Shown: one piece after another, positions 42,345-58,470 of the stretch
How the letters are laid out: every line of letters starts with the position of its first letter
How positions within the stretch are numbered: the first letter of the stretch is position 1
From: the human T2T-CHM13v2.0 reference genome, Homo sapiens
NCBI RefSeq assembly: GCF_009914755.1
Contig: NC_060929.1
DNA: 64,000 nt
Direction: 5' to 3' (one strand)
The notes under the pieces: model-generated
Seen by the model: only the letters and a program-made list of their open reading frames with translations
Told to the model about the DNA's origin: nothing
The model's database searches: none
Made by a program: the position numbers and the translations under genes

Positions 42345-44036
42345 TGATTTATTCGTATCTTGTAAGCATCGGAGCTGCATTTTCTTATTTTTTAAAAGTG
42401 GAAGGCCAACTATTTGTTACCTAATATGTCACTTGAGTGACATATTTTGTACTGACTTCTGGAATTTTTTTCCCACTAATTTTGCTGCAGCCACTTAGGT
42501 TAACTGACCAAGCCAGCAGTCTCTGCCAGCACATCACCTAGTCTCTGCTGGATGCGTCTCCTCTCCTATAGTGGGAATTCTTTGTTGAAGCTAAAGAATA
42601 AGAAGCTATGGCACTTGCTCAAGACCTCATGCTTGTGAATGCAAAGTGGAAGTTAAAAGAGGAGGTAGTTAAAGTTAAGAGCTCTCTCCCTAAATCTCCT
42701 GATCCCTAGGGATTAATGTCCTAAATTGGTTCATGAGGACATTCAAAAACAGTTCCAGGAAATTAATTAGTTGCATTTGACACCAAGAGGTGACTAGCTA
42801 AGTAACACATTCCTGCATGTCTAGACCCTTGTTCCCTTGCTCATTGTCCTTGGCATTGTACTACCTGTTAAAGTGCTAGTACATGACAATTTGCCTCTCT
42901 GGAGGGCTTAGGTTGAGAAATTTCCATTCTCAAGTATTTGTGAATATACGATTCATTTCTACGTCCTGCCTTAACATTGTAAGACCTTACGAAATTAAGT
43001 GATCTCACTTGAAACCCAGCTTTTCTGTAGAAAGCATCATTATACCTTCCTATATGCTTAGCCATCTCCTTTTTTAAAAAAGTCAATCACCTCTATCTAG
43101 TTAAAGACATACTTTCATCAACAACATCAGACTTTTCTTACTAGAAAACAACTTTTTTTCATTAAGAATAACTTAAAACACTGAAGTGTCAGTTTCAAAA
43201 GATGAGTTCAATTTGTTTAAAACCAAGATGACAATCTCCATGAACCCTTAAGGTAACAGAGTTCCTCTGAGGATTCCTAATTCCTGTTCTCAGTTATTAT
43301 GGTTAAAATCCTCTGAGGCATTTTGTTTCCCCTGAAATCCATGCTTTCCATACTTGATCAGTAATCAAAATTCTTCAAAGTTGTTTCCTAACAACATCTC
43401 TTGTATTGACACATTCATTAATATGCACAAAATATAATAAAACACCAGTTTACTTTGAAAGAAGGTAAACAAAGACAATATTGCTGCAGAGGGGCAGAGA
43501 GTGAGTAGATAATGATTAGTTAGGTTGAACAAAAGAATTAATGAGGGACACGAGGCTACAGCTTAGTCTTAATGTAGGAAAACAGCTAAATAGAGGATAA
43601 CAAAAGAGAATAATAATTTTAAAAATGTAATTTAATACATCATAAAGATTATGACATTCAGTTCTATGATTAAGCTTAATAAAAATGCAGTTTAATATGT
43701 GGTTCAAATTTAGATATAAATGAATCTATATATTATAAACATATTTTTAACAATAATTTACTGATTGTACATCATTTAAGGACAAGTAAGTAGTAGCTAG
43801 CTAACAAGATAAACAGGAATATAATTAATATATATTTTTACAAACATATACATATTTCTCTATATACACATAGTTATAGATTGAATGTTTTTGTTCCCTA
43901 AAATTCATATGTTGAAGCCTTAACTTTCAGTGGCTGTATTTGGAATTGGGGACTTTAAGAAGTAATTCAGGTTAAATGAGGTTATGTGGGTGGGTCCCCA
44001 TCATGTATGATAAATGTCCCTATAAGAAGAGGCACC

Positions 44037-44669
<633 letters not shown>

Positions 44670-46228
44670 TCACCAAAGAGTTTGTGCACTCCCTCTCTCT
44701 CTTTTTCTCCTTTCTTTTTGTATCTCTCTTTCTCAGCACACAAAGAGATCATGTGAGTATACAGTGAATGATGACTACATACAAACCAATAGAAGAGGTC
44801 TCATAATAAAACCTACCTTGCCAGTACCTTGGTCTTGGCCTTTGCAGTTTCCAGAACGGTGGGGAAATAAATGTATGTTACATAAGCCATTCAGTCTGTG
44901 ATAGTTTATTATGGCAGTCTGAGCTGATTAATATAGATATTAATATATATCTTTATCCATATCTATATCTATGTGTATATATATGTATATGTATTTCATG
45001 AAATACATATTACAGGTAATTTTACACTAAGGCTTTATTTGACCTTGGAAATATATATTAATTACTTTTCCAAGAGAGTTATTGCATGTAACAAAGAGAA
45101 ACAACTAATGTGTTTTCTTTTTTTAATTTTTTTTTAATTCCAAGCCAGTTGATTTTTGTGCTTTAAGTGATTTTATTGTTGTGTGGTTGTAGGCTTCCCA
45201 AGAAGTTACAGTTCATTAAAAGGATTTTATATTTTGAATTTCAATTAGAGGAGTTGTTTATTCGGTATAGGAGAATGTCATACTCTTGATCAAGAGAAAT
45301 AACATATTTTAATATCAATTTACCAATATATCCCATATATGACATGTCTATTATTTATTCTTTTATTGTTTCTTACATAGTTTTTGTCTTTCTAGTTTAT
45401 GGCCCTGCCTTCAATACTCCACTATAATTTAGATTTCAGTTACTTCATTGAATTCTATTTTCTATTCTCATGACTTTAGGTATAATTTTGTGTTTTCTTA
45501 ATCATTATTTTTTAGACTTTATTTTAAATTATTATTTTTATAAAATATTAATTTTCCTGCAGCCATTTGTGCTCATTTACAATATTTAAACTGATATGTT
45601 ATACATGCCATGTATAGATATTTATTTATTTATTAAGAAAGAAAACAATTTTGGTACTGCCTCTGAAACAAAAAGCACAGATGTAGCTGTAATGACAGTG
45701 ATGGTCTGGTCAATGAATTAAGCACATTATTATAACAGGTGGTGTCTATACCTAGACTCTCGTTGTAATGATAAAGAAAAAAAACTACCTCAAATCTGAT
45801 ATTGGAAGCTCTGTATCAGATTCTATTAATTCATCTGCAATCCTTTGGAAAACACTTACTAGAAAGGCTCAAGGTGTCCTAGACTTGGAGTTCTAGGATG
45901 AAACATGTGTTTTGTAAGATAATAAGACAGAGGAATCTCTGAATCTATGTTGTGGCTCTACCAACTGCTAGCATTATGACCCTGAAAATGTCACTTAAGT
46001 TCTCTTTGTTCTTAAATTTTTAAGGTGGGTGAGGGGTAATTTTCTTTATCCAAGGATTCTGCTAACTATAGAAAATTTACTTTAAAAGTATTAATAATAA
46101 TTAACATTTGTAAATGTAAAATTAATTAAACCATAAGATAAGAGTTTCAGCATTTTTAAAAAATTTGGTTTTTGCCCATTTCCCACATGATGAAACCAGA
46201 GCTATATTTGTGGTTTGCCTAAGATTGC

Positions 46229-46630
46229 TGCCATAGTCTGAATGTGTTGCCCAAAATTCATGTGTTGGAAACTTAATCCCCGATACAACAGTGTTAGGAG
46301 GTGGAGCCTAATGGGAGATATTTAGCTTATGAAGGCTCCACCTTCATGAATAGACTAATACCACTAAAAAAGGTCTGGCAGGAGTAACTTCTCTCTTCTG
46401 CTCTTCTGCCACTAACACAGCTTTGCCACTCTTTGGCTCCTTTTTGCCTCCTCCTTCCTCTCTTGCCTCCTCCTTCCACTATATGAAGATGGAGCAGGAA
46501 GGCCCTCAACATGCCAAATGCTGCTGCCTTGATCTTGAATGTCCTAGTCTCCAAAGCTTGAGGAATAAATTTCTGTTCTTTATAAATTACCCTTTCTCAG
46601 GTATTTTGTTATAATGGTACAAATAAGACA
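46229..46630 (+). mobile_element. MSTC/MSTD-like solo LTR
   Basis: TGCCATAGTCTGAATG...AATAAATTTCTGTTCTTTATAAATTACCC...TAAGACA; TSD attgc/attgt. Confidence 0.85.
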
Positions 46631-47368
46631 ATTGTTAAATTAGTAAAATCCTATATTATAGACTTAATGCCTGGAACGTCTAAATAGAAAAAAGTCTATT
46701 GCCTTCTAAGTAAATTTGCAGGCATGAGAATATATGTAATGAATGGGTGGCATAGATGACATCCTCTTTTGTTTTTACATTTAATTAGAAATTCAGAAGA
46801 GGGAGAAAAAGCACTTGGTGTGTTTGGAAAAAGTTTCATAGAGCAGTATGAACTTCAGCTGGACTTATAGAGGTAAGAAAAAGATCAAGGAGAAGAACTG
46901 GAGAAAAAAATGCATAAATTTACATAATGCATTTGAGTGACAATGAGATCCTTCTGGCTGAAAAGTATGGTTCATGTAGACAAATAAGCAGATCTAGTTC
47001 AGAGACTTACAGGTAGTTCTAATAACAAAGAAGAGTCAAGGATAGGGGGAGTGATGTTCCAAAACAGATGTGTGCAATGATTCTTATTGACAATTTTTTG
47101 GTAACATTTTTCCTAATTTTTGGGGAAGCAACCACATGTCCACAACCATTCAGAATCCTATGCCAGTTATGTGCCTGAAATTTTAATTACAAATTACAAT
47201 TACATGACACTTCTATTGGTTTTGAGTAACAAGAAATATGGTGAGTTATTATTTCTCCCACCTGTATCCCAGATAATTGTATTGAATAGTACACTCAGAA
47301 AACATCAATAAAAAATATATTTACCATGCACAACCAACTGTGAAGTAGATAAGACAAAAACAGAAATG

Positions 47369-47400
<32 letters not shown>

Positions 47401-47783
47401 CACACATACAGAAACGTGTATACATATATATATATATATATATGATATCTTTTGTTTGATGCCTGCTGTCTACTTCTCATTTCCTTCTGGCTGCTCTGTG
47501 TCTGGAAGGCAGGCCCTTACATACTGCATCATGGGTTCCCTTGGCTTATGGTTTCAGTTAGGTCAACATTTTGCACTGACAAGAGATTGAAAGGTTGGAG
47601 GAGGAGTGTTCAGGTTGTTAATTCGCTTGGTTACTCCACTGTACAAGATTCAATGAATTGATTGCATCATTCACGCTGGACATCCTTCTCCATGCAATTG
47701 CCATCTCTGATTCTAGGTAACTTTTTCCCTGGCCTTTTCTGGTCTATGAGTCTTAAAACCTTCCTGCTGTTGCTAACCCCAGG

Positions 47784-48021
47784 CAGTGGTGTGAATATGC
47801 TGGAGCTGTTGATGGCTCTTACCATCTCCTGAGATCTAGTTGTGGCCATTGCTTCCCAAGTCTGTCTTCATTAAGGCCATGGTGTCATCTTGAAGTCAGC
47901 CATGGTGGGAGCATTCACACCATGGAAAATAGCATAGCTACAAATTAGGTTTTTTGGTTTATTTTTGTTATAGATTTTTTTCTAGAAAGCCAGTTATTAA
48001 AAATGTCTAAACCCACTACTA
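47784..48021. mobile_element. MER63A-like hAT MITE in the 5' LTR
   Basis: CAGTGGTGTG...GCTGGAGC start; GCCATGGTGGGAGCATTCACACCATGGAAA; GCTACAAATTAGG. Confidence 0.7.
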
Positions 48022-50714
48022 GCTCAACTGCTCTGTATTGCCACTTCTCTCCTCCTTTTTAATTCCCTAAAACACAAACACAATTTGTAAAAGGACTTGA
48101 TTTATTAAACATCCCCCTAAATATTGATTTTAATGTGCTGTCTATTTTTTTTCTGGTTAACCTTAAATAACACTGTAATTGGTATCAGAAATAGTTCCCA
48201 GAAACAAACCTTAGAAATAGTATCCTGGGGTTGAATTGTAGACATACTGAGAAACCTATGGATATATTGGTTTTGAGGAATAGTTGGACACTGGAAAGTT
48301 GTAGGAGATAGTTGTATAAAGATTTTCAACATATCACTGTTATTAGCATGGGAAGACATGCAATTAAAAAAAACTAGGCTTCAGGAGATAAAGTTTCTTT
48401 GGAATTTTATCCTTTTGATGACAATAATGATGATAAACATTTTTATTGTGGTTGGCTACACCTAAGAGCCCTAGAAAGTATACTCAAGTAAAAGAACAAA
48501 ATAAAGGTTGTGCACACTTAACTCACACAATAAATGGAAAATTAGAAATTCTCAATGACAGTTTTGAAGAGTTCATTACCTCTGCTAGTTACAGAGCAGA
48601 TATGGCTAAGGAACAATAACCAGAGCTTGCTGTAGGAGTTGCAGATTTGCAGTGTCAATAAAATACTCACTTCACTGGTTGAGAAAGAATGATGCCTTGA
48701 GATATAGATGGAAAAAATTGGGAAGACATAAACCCAGCTGAACATTTTGGACTCTCTTCTCCCCTCCAGTACTCCTGAATCTCCCTTGCTGGCAGAGGCA
48801 TACATTCAAACCCTTTCTGAGAGAACTAGAATTTCCCTTCAAAAACAAAAACAAAAACAAAAAAACTTTTTAAATGTATTTGGGGACTACTTTCTCTGCA
48901 AAGGCCATGCTAAATGCCAATCATTATCTTCGGGGCCATAGGAGTTGTCCAACGTACACCAAATGAAAAACATAGTTGACTCCAGGACTCTATATACAGT
49001 GAAGTAACAAAAGTTTGTCAGTTTCAATTAACAAGAGTCTGAGAAGCATGTATGAGAGTGTTACTCTGGGGTACTAGACAAAGGAGAATGAAATTTTGAA
49101 ATGATAAATACCACCCAATATATTTATAAATTGTCCTTACCTGGAACAGGGGATATAATGTTTGGATCTAGCACTAGGATGGATGTTAATAGTCAGCAGC
49201 TACTCTGGCTGGTTGAAGCCTGTACTCAAAAGAAAGCTCCAGAAATTAGCAATGCAGTTAAAATATCAGTTCTAGGGGGTATATATAGGAAGGAATCAGA
49301 AGCTTCATCTGGATTATAATGTTGGTATTGAAATGTTTTATATTACCTGATCATATAGCCATTGGCCATACCCTAAGCAATGGTCTAAAGGTCATGCCTT
49401 TGTTAAGCATTGAGAAAAAAGCTTTGATTATAAGGGCACTAGCATTTTTATAAGCCTACGTGTGACCATCATCAAGCTATTGGCTAGGACTGTGGCAAAA
49501 GATGCTGCAATACCCTTGGGTTTCCTAAACCTCAGTGGAAGTATTGGGATTCAAAGTTGCTAGAGGCAAGGTTAGTTCTTGCCCTCCAGAGACAAGGTGG
49601 ATGCAAATATCCCAATAAATTTCAAGGCAGGAACGGTAATAAAATTTAATATGCAGGGATCTTCGGTGATGGTTAACATCACAGAAGGTTTCAGTGAATA
49701 ACAAAACATAGGGTTTCAATGAATAACATAGATTGATAGCCTACTAAGGGATTGCAGGACATATATTAGCAGAAAAATTCTGTGGTTGCAGGACAGAGAG
49801 GTAACTCGGGTACCAATCTATTGAGTCAGTGGTCGTCCATTGAGGAGAAATCTGTATCTTTTCAGGGACTCAGCAACACGACACATGTTTCTACCATAAG
49901 TCTTTTCCAATGGTTTTGCAGAGGGAATTTCAGATTTTAGCCGATGACAAATCTTCAAGAAAATAAAAATAAGGAAAGCATTCAAGCATTTTGGAGTTTA
50001 TGGTACCACCTCTGAACCGACAATAATATCTGAACTTTTGCATTTTACCATGGTCTGCACAGAGTGCAGGTTTTTGATGATTGATGAAGTCTTGGTTTGA
50101 TTCTATCTTGCAGTGGGTCCAATGAGACTACAAATTTATTCTATGTATATATTTTTTCATTCCCAGAATGTATGATGGCAGTAAACAAACTTAATAACTG
50201 GCAAAGCTTCCAGTGTCTTTTACATGGGAATCTAATGAAAATTCCTATATTTAGCCACACAATATAATAAAATAATGTTTGTCTTCTTCTTTACCGGTTT
50301 GCCTAAGGGCTATGGCAACTTTCTTGTTCCCTGTTATAATTAGTCAAGGGTTGTCTTAATAGCCCTCCTTACATCTTTCTGGTCCTTTGCCCTGTAGACC
50401 TTATACCACTTGGACATGGAGAGAAGGATATAACAAGACACATGTGTTAAGGACATAAGTCTTTCACCTGGGTAAAAGGCAAGAACAGACATTCTTGGGA
50501 GAATGGGGGAAAAGTGATACTCTCTCCTAGACATCCTTTTGCCTATCTAAATACATTTTCTAACTTTCTCTACACTGCGTTGTGTTCTAGAAAGCTGATG
50601 TGTACACACTGCCTCAATGGCTTCTCATCACTGTGATATCTAGTTGTGCATGAATAGAAGGAAGCTGTCAGCAAGAAATTTGAGTGCTGGAGGAATATGC
50701 ACTTTAGAGATGTA

Positions 50715-51848
<1,134 letters not shown>

Positions 51849-53885
51849 CTTTGCTGGATTCCTTAGAAGCGTGGAATTATCACCGACTGCCTTAGACTAT
51901 TCTCCATCCTCTCAGTTTATTTTCTGCAGATTTACACTATTGAGCTCTTCCTTTCATCCTGCAGGATTAGGAAAGTGAATAGTTTCTTCTGGTTACTAGT
52001 TCTGGCAATACGTTATTCCTTGGGTACTCTTAAATACAACCCAAACCTCTATAAAAAGCAACTTTATAAACCTCTCTTCTAATTACCCAGCTTGAATTCC
52101 CAGTTTCTTGGTGGAACCATTACTAATACACTGTGTTTCAATTAGCTATAGCTCACACAACTTGCTCAAAATATCATAATTACTTAATTGTTTGTTTCTA
52201 TGACTCGGGTTTACATTTTAATTTTTTTCCTTTCACTTATAATGTTTATCCATACTATAATACCTTTCTAGAACATAACATCAGAAGTGTGGAATCTTAA
52301 ACTCAAATATGCTCTTTCTAAATCAATTAAATGTTCATTGTGTTTAGATATATATTTTATTATTAGGCTACAACTATATAATTTTTGACTGAATTAAATA
52401 AATTAAAAATAATTTTTATAAATAAATAGAAAAAATACTTTCCACTAGTAACACAAATAAAACATATATCCTATTAGCAATGTGTTGTATTGATACTAAT
52501 CTTCACATCTCATACCTTCTATGTAGATACTTGTACTTTCCTACTTTAATTAGTATTTATTCTAAATTGTCCACTCTAATGCAAATTTTATATTAATTAG
52601 ACTTCTTACAGAAGCAAAGAGAAGAAATCAATTTCACTTGAAACAAATTATTTTAATTTAATTGGTTAGTTATTAATGTTTTCCATAATAGTTAATCCAA
52701 AAGATACATCTATTCCAGTTTTTTTTTTCCATTGGGAAAACCAATTTCTATACTCTTATTAGTACACATTTTTGAAGAGTAGTATAAATAAAAGTGTTGA
52801 CTATTCGACACTTTCTTTTTCACTCAATGTTTTTAAGACAAAAAATATGACATTTCTGAACCCTTAAGCTTTGTCATTTGTTGGGGGAATTTATCATTCA
52901 ATCTGTTATTCGACAATCTCTTTTTCTCCCCATTCCACTTTGTGTTCCTGCTGCAGGAATATTAAATGATCTGTGTTCTTCTGAGTGCACCAATTTGTTC
53001 GTATCTCCCTGAACTTTGCCCAAGTTCCTTCAGCCTTAGAATGACATTTTATTACTATCTTTCAAGTTAAATATTTTCTATTTTTAAAACCTTTTTTTGA
53101 CCCTACCTGCCCACCTCCATCAAAATTAATCCTTTTTTCCTTTTGCTACATGCATACTGAGTGAATACCTCTTAAATTTCATTGACAGTATGAGATTATT
53201 CAGAAAATAGGTTCAGCTCTCTGTAGCACAATAGTTAAGTAAGCACACCAAAGGAAAAAGAAGTAAATTATAGAGGCGTATTACATTTTAAAATACCACA
53301 TTTTGTCAACCCTTACACACTGTTCAATATTTTAACATCTTTGACATTGGAATATATGTTAAAATTGATATTATGTTATTATCTAGTTGGCATAAAATTG
53401 TCTCCCTTTGTTGTATATGAGAAATTGGTATGTATTATAATTGGGGGAGGAGCCGCTATTAGAAACTTTCATTATATTTTATGATTTCCTGGCTTGATCT
53501 CTGTCTCTCTCTCTCTACCCAATGAGGATGATTTTTATTTTCTAATTTTGTGATAATGTATAAAGGAAGATTTTCTCATTCTATGTTGGTCAGCCCAATA
53601 ATTCAGTATGTGATCAGTTGCCTTTGCTTTATTTCAAGGTACTTACCAAGCAAAACTCATCCATATAAATGACAGGAAGATTTTACAATATTTAAACATA
53701 ACTTTCATAATTATGCTAAGCAAACTTTTAATTTTTTGAAATTTCATTTTCTGTAAGCTAGGAATCAATCTATGTGTTCAGAGAAAGGTCTAAGACTTAT
53801 AGTTATGAGAGGAAGACTATCATTCATTCAATATTCAAAAGCAATTCTAATAGTTTCTAAAAGTATTAAGCTGCTACTGGTAAAA

Positions 53886-54103
53886 CAAACTTGTCCAACC
53901 TGTGGCCCATGGGTAGCATGCAGCTGAGGGCATCTTTGAATGCAGCCCAACACAAATTTGTAAACTTTTTAAAACAATATGAGATTTTTGGCAATTTTTT
54001 TAATTCATTGGCTATCATTAGCATTAGTGTATTTTATGTGTGGCCCAAGACAAGTCTTTGTCTTCCAATGTGTCCCAGGGAAGTCAAAATTTGGACAACT
54101 CTG
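53886..54103 (-). mobile_element. MER30 (hAT-Charlie)
   Basis: CAAACTTGTCCAACC...TTGGACAACTCTG; 8-bp TSD tggtaaaa/ttgtaaaa. Confidence 0.9.
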
Positions 54104-54874
54104 TTGTAAAACAATGCAACTGGGCTTCTCTATAACCAGAAATCCCCAAATAGTCTTAATGGCTACTTGTAAAGATGTTCTTAAAAATGTTGTAGGTATC
54201 AGTTGAAGGAGAAAGATGTGGAAAAGTTGCTATTTCCTGTAAAACTGGATTTTGATGTTCTGCCTTTTCAAATTCTTCAAAATAATCTTATTCATATGTA
54301 TGTTTTCCTTTGGGTTAATTTTAACTACATTGAACTACATAACTTGAGAATAACATAACAAGAAGACATGTGTTGTTGGAAAAAATATGAGTGAAGACAG
54401 ACTACAAATTCTTTAGCTGAAATTAAAATTAGTAATTTCATTTATTCAAAATGAAAATAAATGTAACATTAAGTTTTAATAAAAAGAAGAAACAAAGGAA
54501 GCACTGAAATTTTTGAGAAGAGGTATGCAGGGAAATAAAAAAGAAAGTTCTAAAAATCAAGGAGCTAATCCTACTTATACTTTTTGGAAAAAAGGCAAGT
54601 AAATGCAAACAAAACTTATGTGCACACAGAAAATAAGTTTAGCCTCTAACTATCAAATGCTACTGCCTATAGATTCAGTTTAATATCATCTTTGAAATAA
54701 AACTTTGGAGCTAAGACAGATTTTAACTGAAATGGACAGAAAATAAGAAGAAATGTATTCATATGGCGTCTGAACACAAAGAAGTTTACATAGATTTTTC
54801 TTAAAACATAAATATTATAGAAGTAATATTTAAGATTGTGAAAAATTAGAAAAAAGAAAGAATACAATAAGTGC

Positions 54875-54967
54875 ATGTGTCTGTATGTGTGTGTGCACTT
54901 TTTGTACATGTGTCTGTGTGTTTGCATGCACACATGTACTATATATATATATAACTATACGTGTGTG

Positions 54968-55003
<36 letters not shown>

Positions 55004-55030
55004 TGGAGAGAGAGAGAAAGAGAGAGAGAG
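54875..55030. repeat. Compound (TG)/(TA)/(CA)/(GA) microsatellite
   Basis: Directly visible. Confidence 0.9.
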
Positions 55031-55780
55031 TACATATTCCCTGTGGAAAAAATATACCCACAAACACAGCAAAAATTATTCTTACAAATACACGGCTCAT
55101 AAAGGAATTATGTAGAATACAAAATAAATTAGAAGTCAAATATCAGATGATAAAAAACCACAATTAGATGAAAGATTAAAATTCAGAGTTAAGAAAAACA
55201 TTAAGAACTAAAGTAGTATTATTACACAATTGACTAAAAGAGCAATGTCAAGAGAAAAATGTTGACAACCTTAGGATAAATATATGGATATGCTGAAGAT
55301 GTTTAAGAGAATAACAGAATGCAGGATTATATGAAGAGTGTTTAAATATGTTAGGAATGAGAGTACCAAAATATGAAAACAGCATTTGAAAGCACAAATA
55401 ACAGTTTTAAAAACCAAAATCATAAAACAGCGTTCATGTTTATAGGCATAAAATATTATAGGAATGAAGGAACAAAGGAAACCACAGAGAGAAGATTATA
55501 CTATATTTTTGACAAACTTATGCAAAATTATCAACATCAACAGATTTTCCAGTGAGCTACTGACTTTCAAAGATTAAGAACTAATTCTACTAGGGTCCAA
55601 CAAAGGACAGCAAGTCAAGTAAAACAATAACAACAAAATTAGGCAGATCTCAGCCTTCTCTAAGGTAGTATTCAATCCAGTACACTGGTGAACATTTGCT
55701 TCCCAAAAGTTAAAGTCAGTAAAATCACAACATTTTTTATGAGCTAACTTATCTTTCATAGGTAAAGCCCTCAAAACCAA
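55030..55780 (+). mobile_element. HAL1/L1M ORF1-like remnant
   Basis: A-rich; CAAGTCA...AAAATTAGGCAGATCTCAGCCTTCTC resembles the ORF1 'IRLASDFS' region. Confidence 0.45.
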
Positions 55781-56632
55781 GCCAAAAGTGTGTTTTAAGA
55801 CAACAAATTAACCGTTCATCCCTAAAGGCTAAGTGAGCAGAGTCAACGTTTCATCTCTCGGTAGATAAAAAGTCTATGTAATGCAACTTATTATCATATT
55901 TTTGATTTTTGTGGGATTTCAATAACCTTAACATACCAAGTCATCATGCATCATAATTCAGGACATTTTGTTAAATAATGCTGACCATATGAAGTTTGAA
56001 ATACACATGACTTCTGAGATAAACAATATGGATAAATCAAATTAAAGTCCTATGAAAGACAAAGTATTAAAGCCCCATATTATAATAAGAGAACCTTAAC
56101 TGTTAAAAAGGAAAGAAAAAGGCACAGAAAAAGGCACAGATGAATCATCACACACTGGCATGGATTTGGATTTCCCTGGACTATACAGCTAGATATTGTG
56201 TTCAACTCTAGAATCAATAAATCACCCACACACCTCTCCCAATTTTCTCTAGTCTTAGGTGGATTTTTTTTTCCTTCTTGGCATTTTGTAAGTTGTTCCA
56301 AACACAGGAAATGTTTCAAAGTGTATCAGAATAAATTACAACAATTATGTGGTGTTAATCCAGGGCAAATAAAGCAACAGGAAAACAGTAAATGAAAACC
56401 ACTCATTTAAAAATGGAGCAGCAAAATTCTGACACCTAGTTTTTATAATAGTGTAATAACTGACTTTGTAATCAATTTTCATAAGAAGTTGAAGATTTTT
56501 GTCAGTTTAGAATGACTAAAACATTCAATGTAATTTGATTAATTACATTTGTGATTTCATTTTGATGCTTATTAAAGCAATTTTAAAAATTTTAATTATT
56601 TAAATATTTAATGGAAAATTAATTTTTTAAAT

Positions 56633-56936
56633 ATTTTCTTTTATTTATGTATTTTAGAGACAAGGAGTCACTCTGTCACCCAGGCTGGAGTACAGTAGAA
56701 TGATCATAGCTCACTTGAATTCCTGAACTCAAGTGATCCTCCTGCTGCAGCCTTCCAAGTATCTAGGACTACAGGTATCACCACAAAACTCAGCTAATTA
56801 AAGAAATATATTTTTTTGGTAGAGATGAGGCCTCCCTGTGTTGTCTAGGCTGATCTCAAACTCCTGTCCTCAAGTTCACTTTCTGCTTCAGCCTCCCAAA
56901 GTGCTAGAATTACAAGCATCAGCCACTGCATCTGGT
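56633..56936 (-). mobile_element. AluJ
   Basis: GAGACAAGGAGTCACTCTGTCACCCAGG...GATCATAGCTCAC...CTCAAGTGATCCTCC. Confidence 0.9.
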
Positions 56937-57394
56937 ACCAATTTTTATATATTTAAGTTTTGCTTTATTGTTCGTGAAAATTATTTTTAATGGGAAGCCT
57001 GATGAAAATGTTTACAATAATTTAGTAATGTTATAAAGAGTAGCAATTTTTAAAATTAAATAGTTCTGTGTATCCCTCTTCATCTATAAAGTTTATTCTG
57101 TTATTCAAGAACCTATCAATGCATTTTTAAACACTGAAAATCTAATAATATATTTTACAAATAATACATTATTTACAAACCATGGGAAAACAAGAGGTTG
57201 TATGATAATTACTTCCCAGATATGAGTCCCCTTATAAGAATTTAAAATATATGCTTATCTGTTTATTCAACATTGTTTAACAAATGTTGCAAATAATGGT
57301 TAAATTAGGGAAAATGATCCAAGTTTTTTTTTTTTTTCATTGCAGGCAAAGAACTAGGGAATATGGTTCACTTAGCCAGATATAGTTCACTTTT

Positions 57395-57915
57395 TTCTTT
57401 ATTTACAACCCAGAAATATTTACTTATCACCATTCTATGCTTGTCATTGTTATAGGCTATGGGAATATAAAGATAAATATCACACATATGAATCCTCTTC
57501 TCGTGGAGCCTGAAACCCAGAAGAAGAGACAAGCAAGGAAAAAGAAAATCACTTCGATGAAGTAATTGTAATTGTTTTAAAAACCAAGAAGGAAACAAAC
57601 AAGTTCTAAAATAAATGATAACAGGTAGGACCTATTTCTTGGTAAGGAAAAGTGGAAGACCTCACTAATGAGCTGAGCTTTAAGTGGATTAATGAGGAAT
57701 AATATTTACCCAGGTATAGAGAGGAGGAAAGTCCAACATGGGACCTGGTCTGATTGAATATCATTCCATTACCTGTCACGGGCAAGGAGAAGTGGCAGAA
57801 TATGTGGTTAGGAACAGAACAAAAACTCAATCATGAAGATCTTCGTAGGTCATGTTAGGCATTTAGCAATTATTCCAAGTCCAATGGTAAAGCCTGAGTG
57901 GTTTTAAGGTGGTGT
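57395..57915 (-). mobile_element. L2 3' fragment (probably continues at ~58670-58900)
   Basis: TCCTCTTCTCGTGGAGCCTG, TGAGCTGAG, GTAGGTCATGTTAGG, TTATTCCAAGTCCAATGG antisense L2 motifs. Confidence 0.6.
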
Positions 57916-58001
57916 TATTATGATTAATAACAGTTATAGTTGTTTATTGAGAGCTTACTGTGTCATATACTATCCTAAATCTGTTATATACCATAATATC
58001 T

Positions 58002-58470
58002 CAAGGGTCTGCAAACAGTCCACCAGTCAAATCCTGCCCACTATGTGTGTCTGTATAATCCCTGGTTACAACCCTGGAAGATGGCAGTGGTGGCCACGGA
58101 GACCCAGCCTGGCATACCCCTCTGCCCCTGTTCTCTCTCTATCCCTAGCACCTAGGGCCAACAGCCAAGTCAGGAAGGCTGGCTGGGCTCTCCTGGAGGC
58201 CACCAAAATGAGTGTGTCACTGTGCAGAGATTGAAGAGGACAGTTAGATCCTCCTGCAGCAGAACTGTGATTCTAGCAACTCAGAAGGTCTCCAGCTGAG
58301 GGCAACTGGGGACACTCCATGACACTGACCTGGATCAACCATCGTAGGTCTGAAAGGTGGGCAGGCATTTGTGTCCTCTTATTATCAAAGTAGCTCTGCA
58401 ATATCCTTCTTTTTGCCTCTTGATCCACAAAGTCTGAACTATTTTTTAGTTGGCTCTTTACTTTCTTACA
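58002..58470. mobile_element. MER58/Cheshire-like hAT ends flanking a GC-rich interior
   Basis: CAAGGGTCTGCAAAC...CAAATCCTGCCCAC at left; TTTTGCCTCTTGATCCACAAAGTCTGAACTATTT at right. Confidence 0.5.

Noticed and set aside
52792-52815. Small hairpin AAAGTGTTGA-CTAT-TCGACACTTT followed by T-rich sequence
   Set aside because: Resembles a bacterial terminator but is short, AT-rich and not meaningful in a primate genome
57320-57400. Strong-looking acceptor (T)n-CATTGCAG; similar ones at ~4561 and ~22524
   Set aside because: No convincing paired donor; such tracts are common in AT-rich DNA
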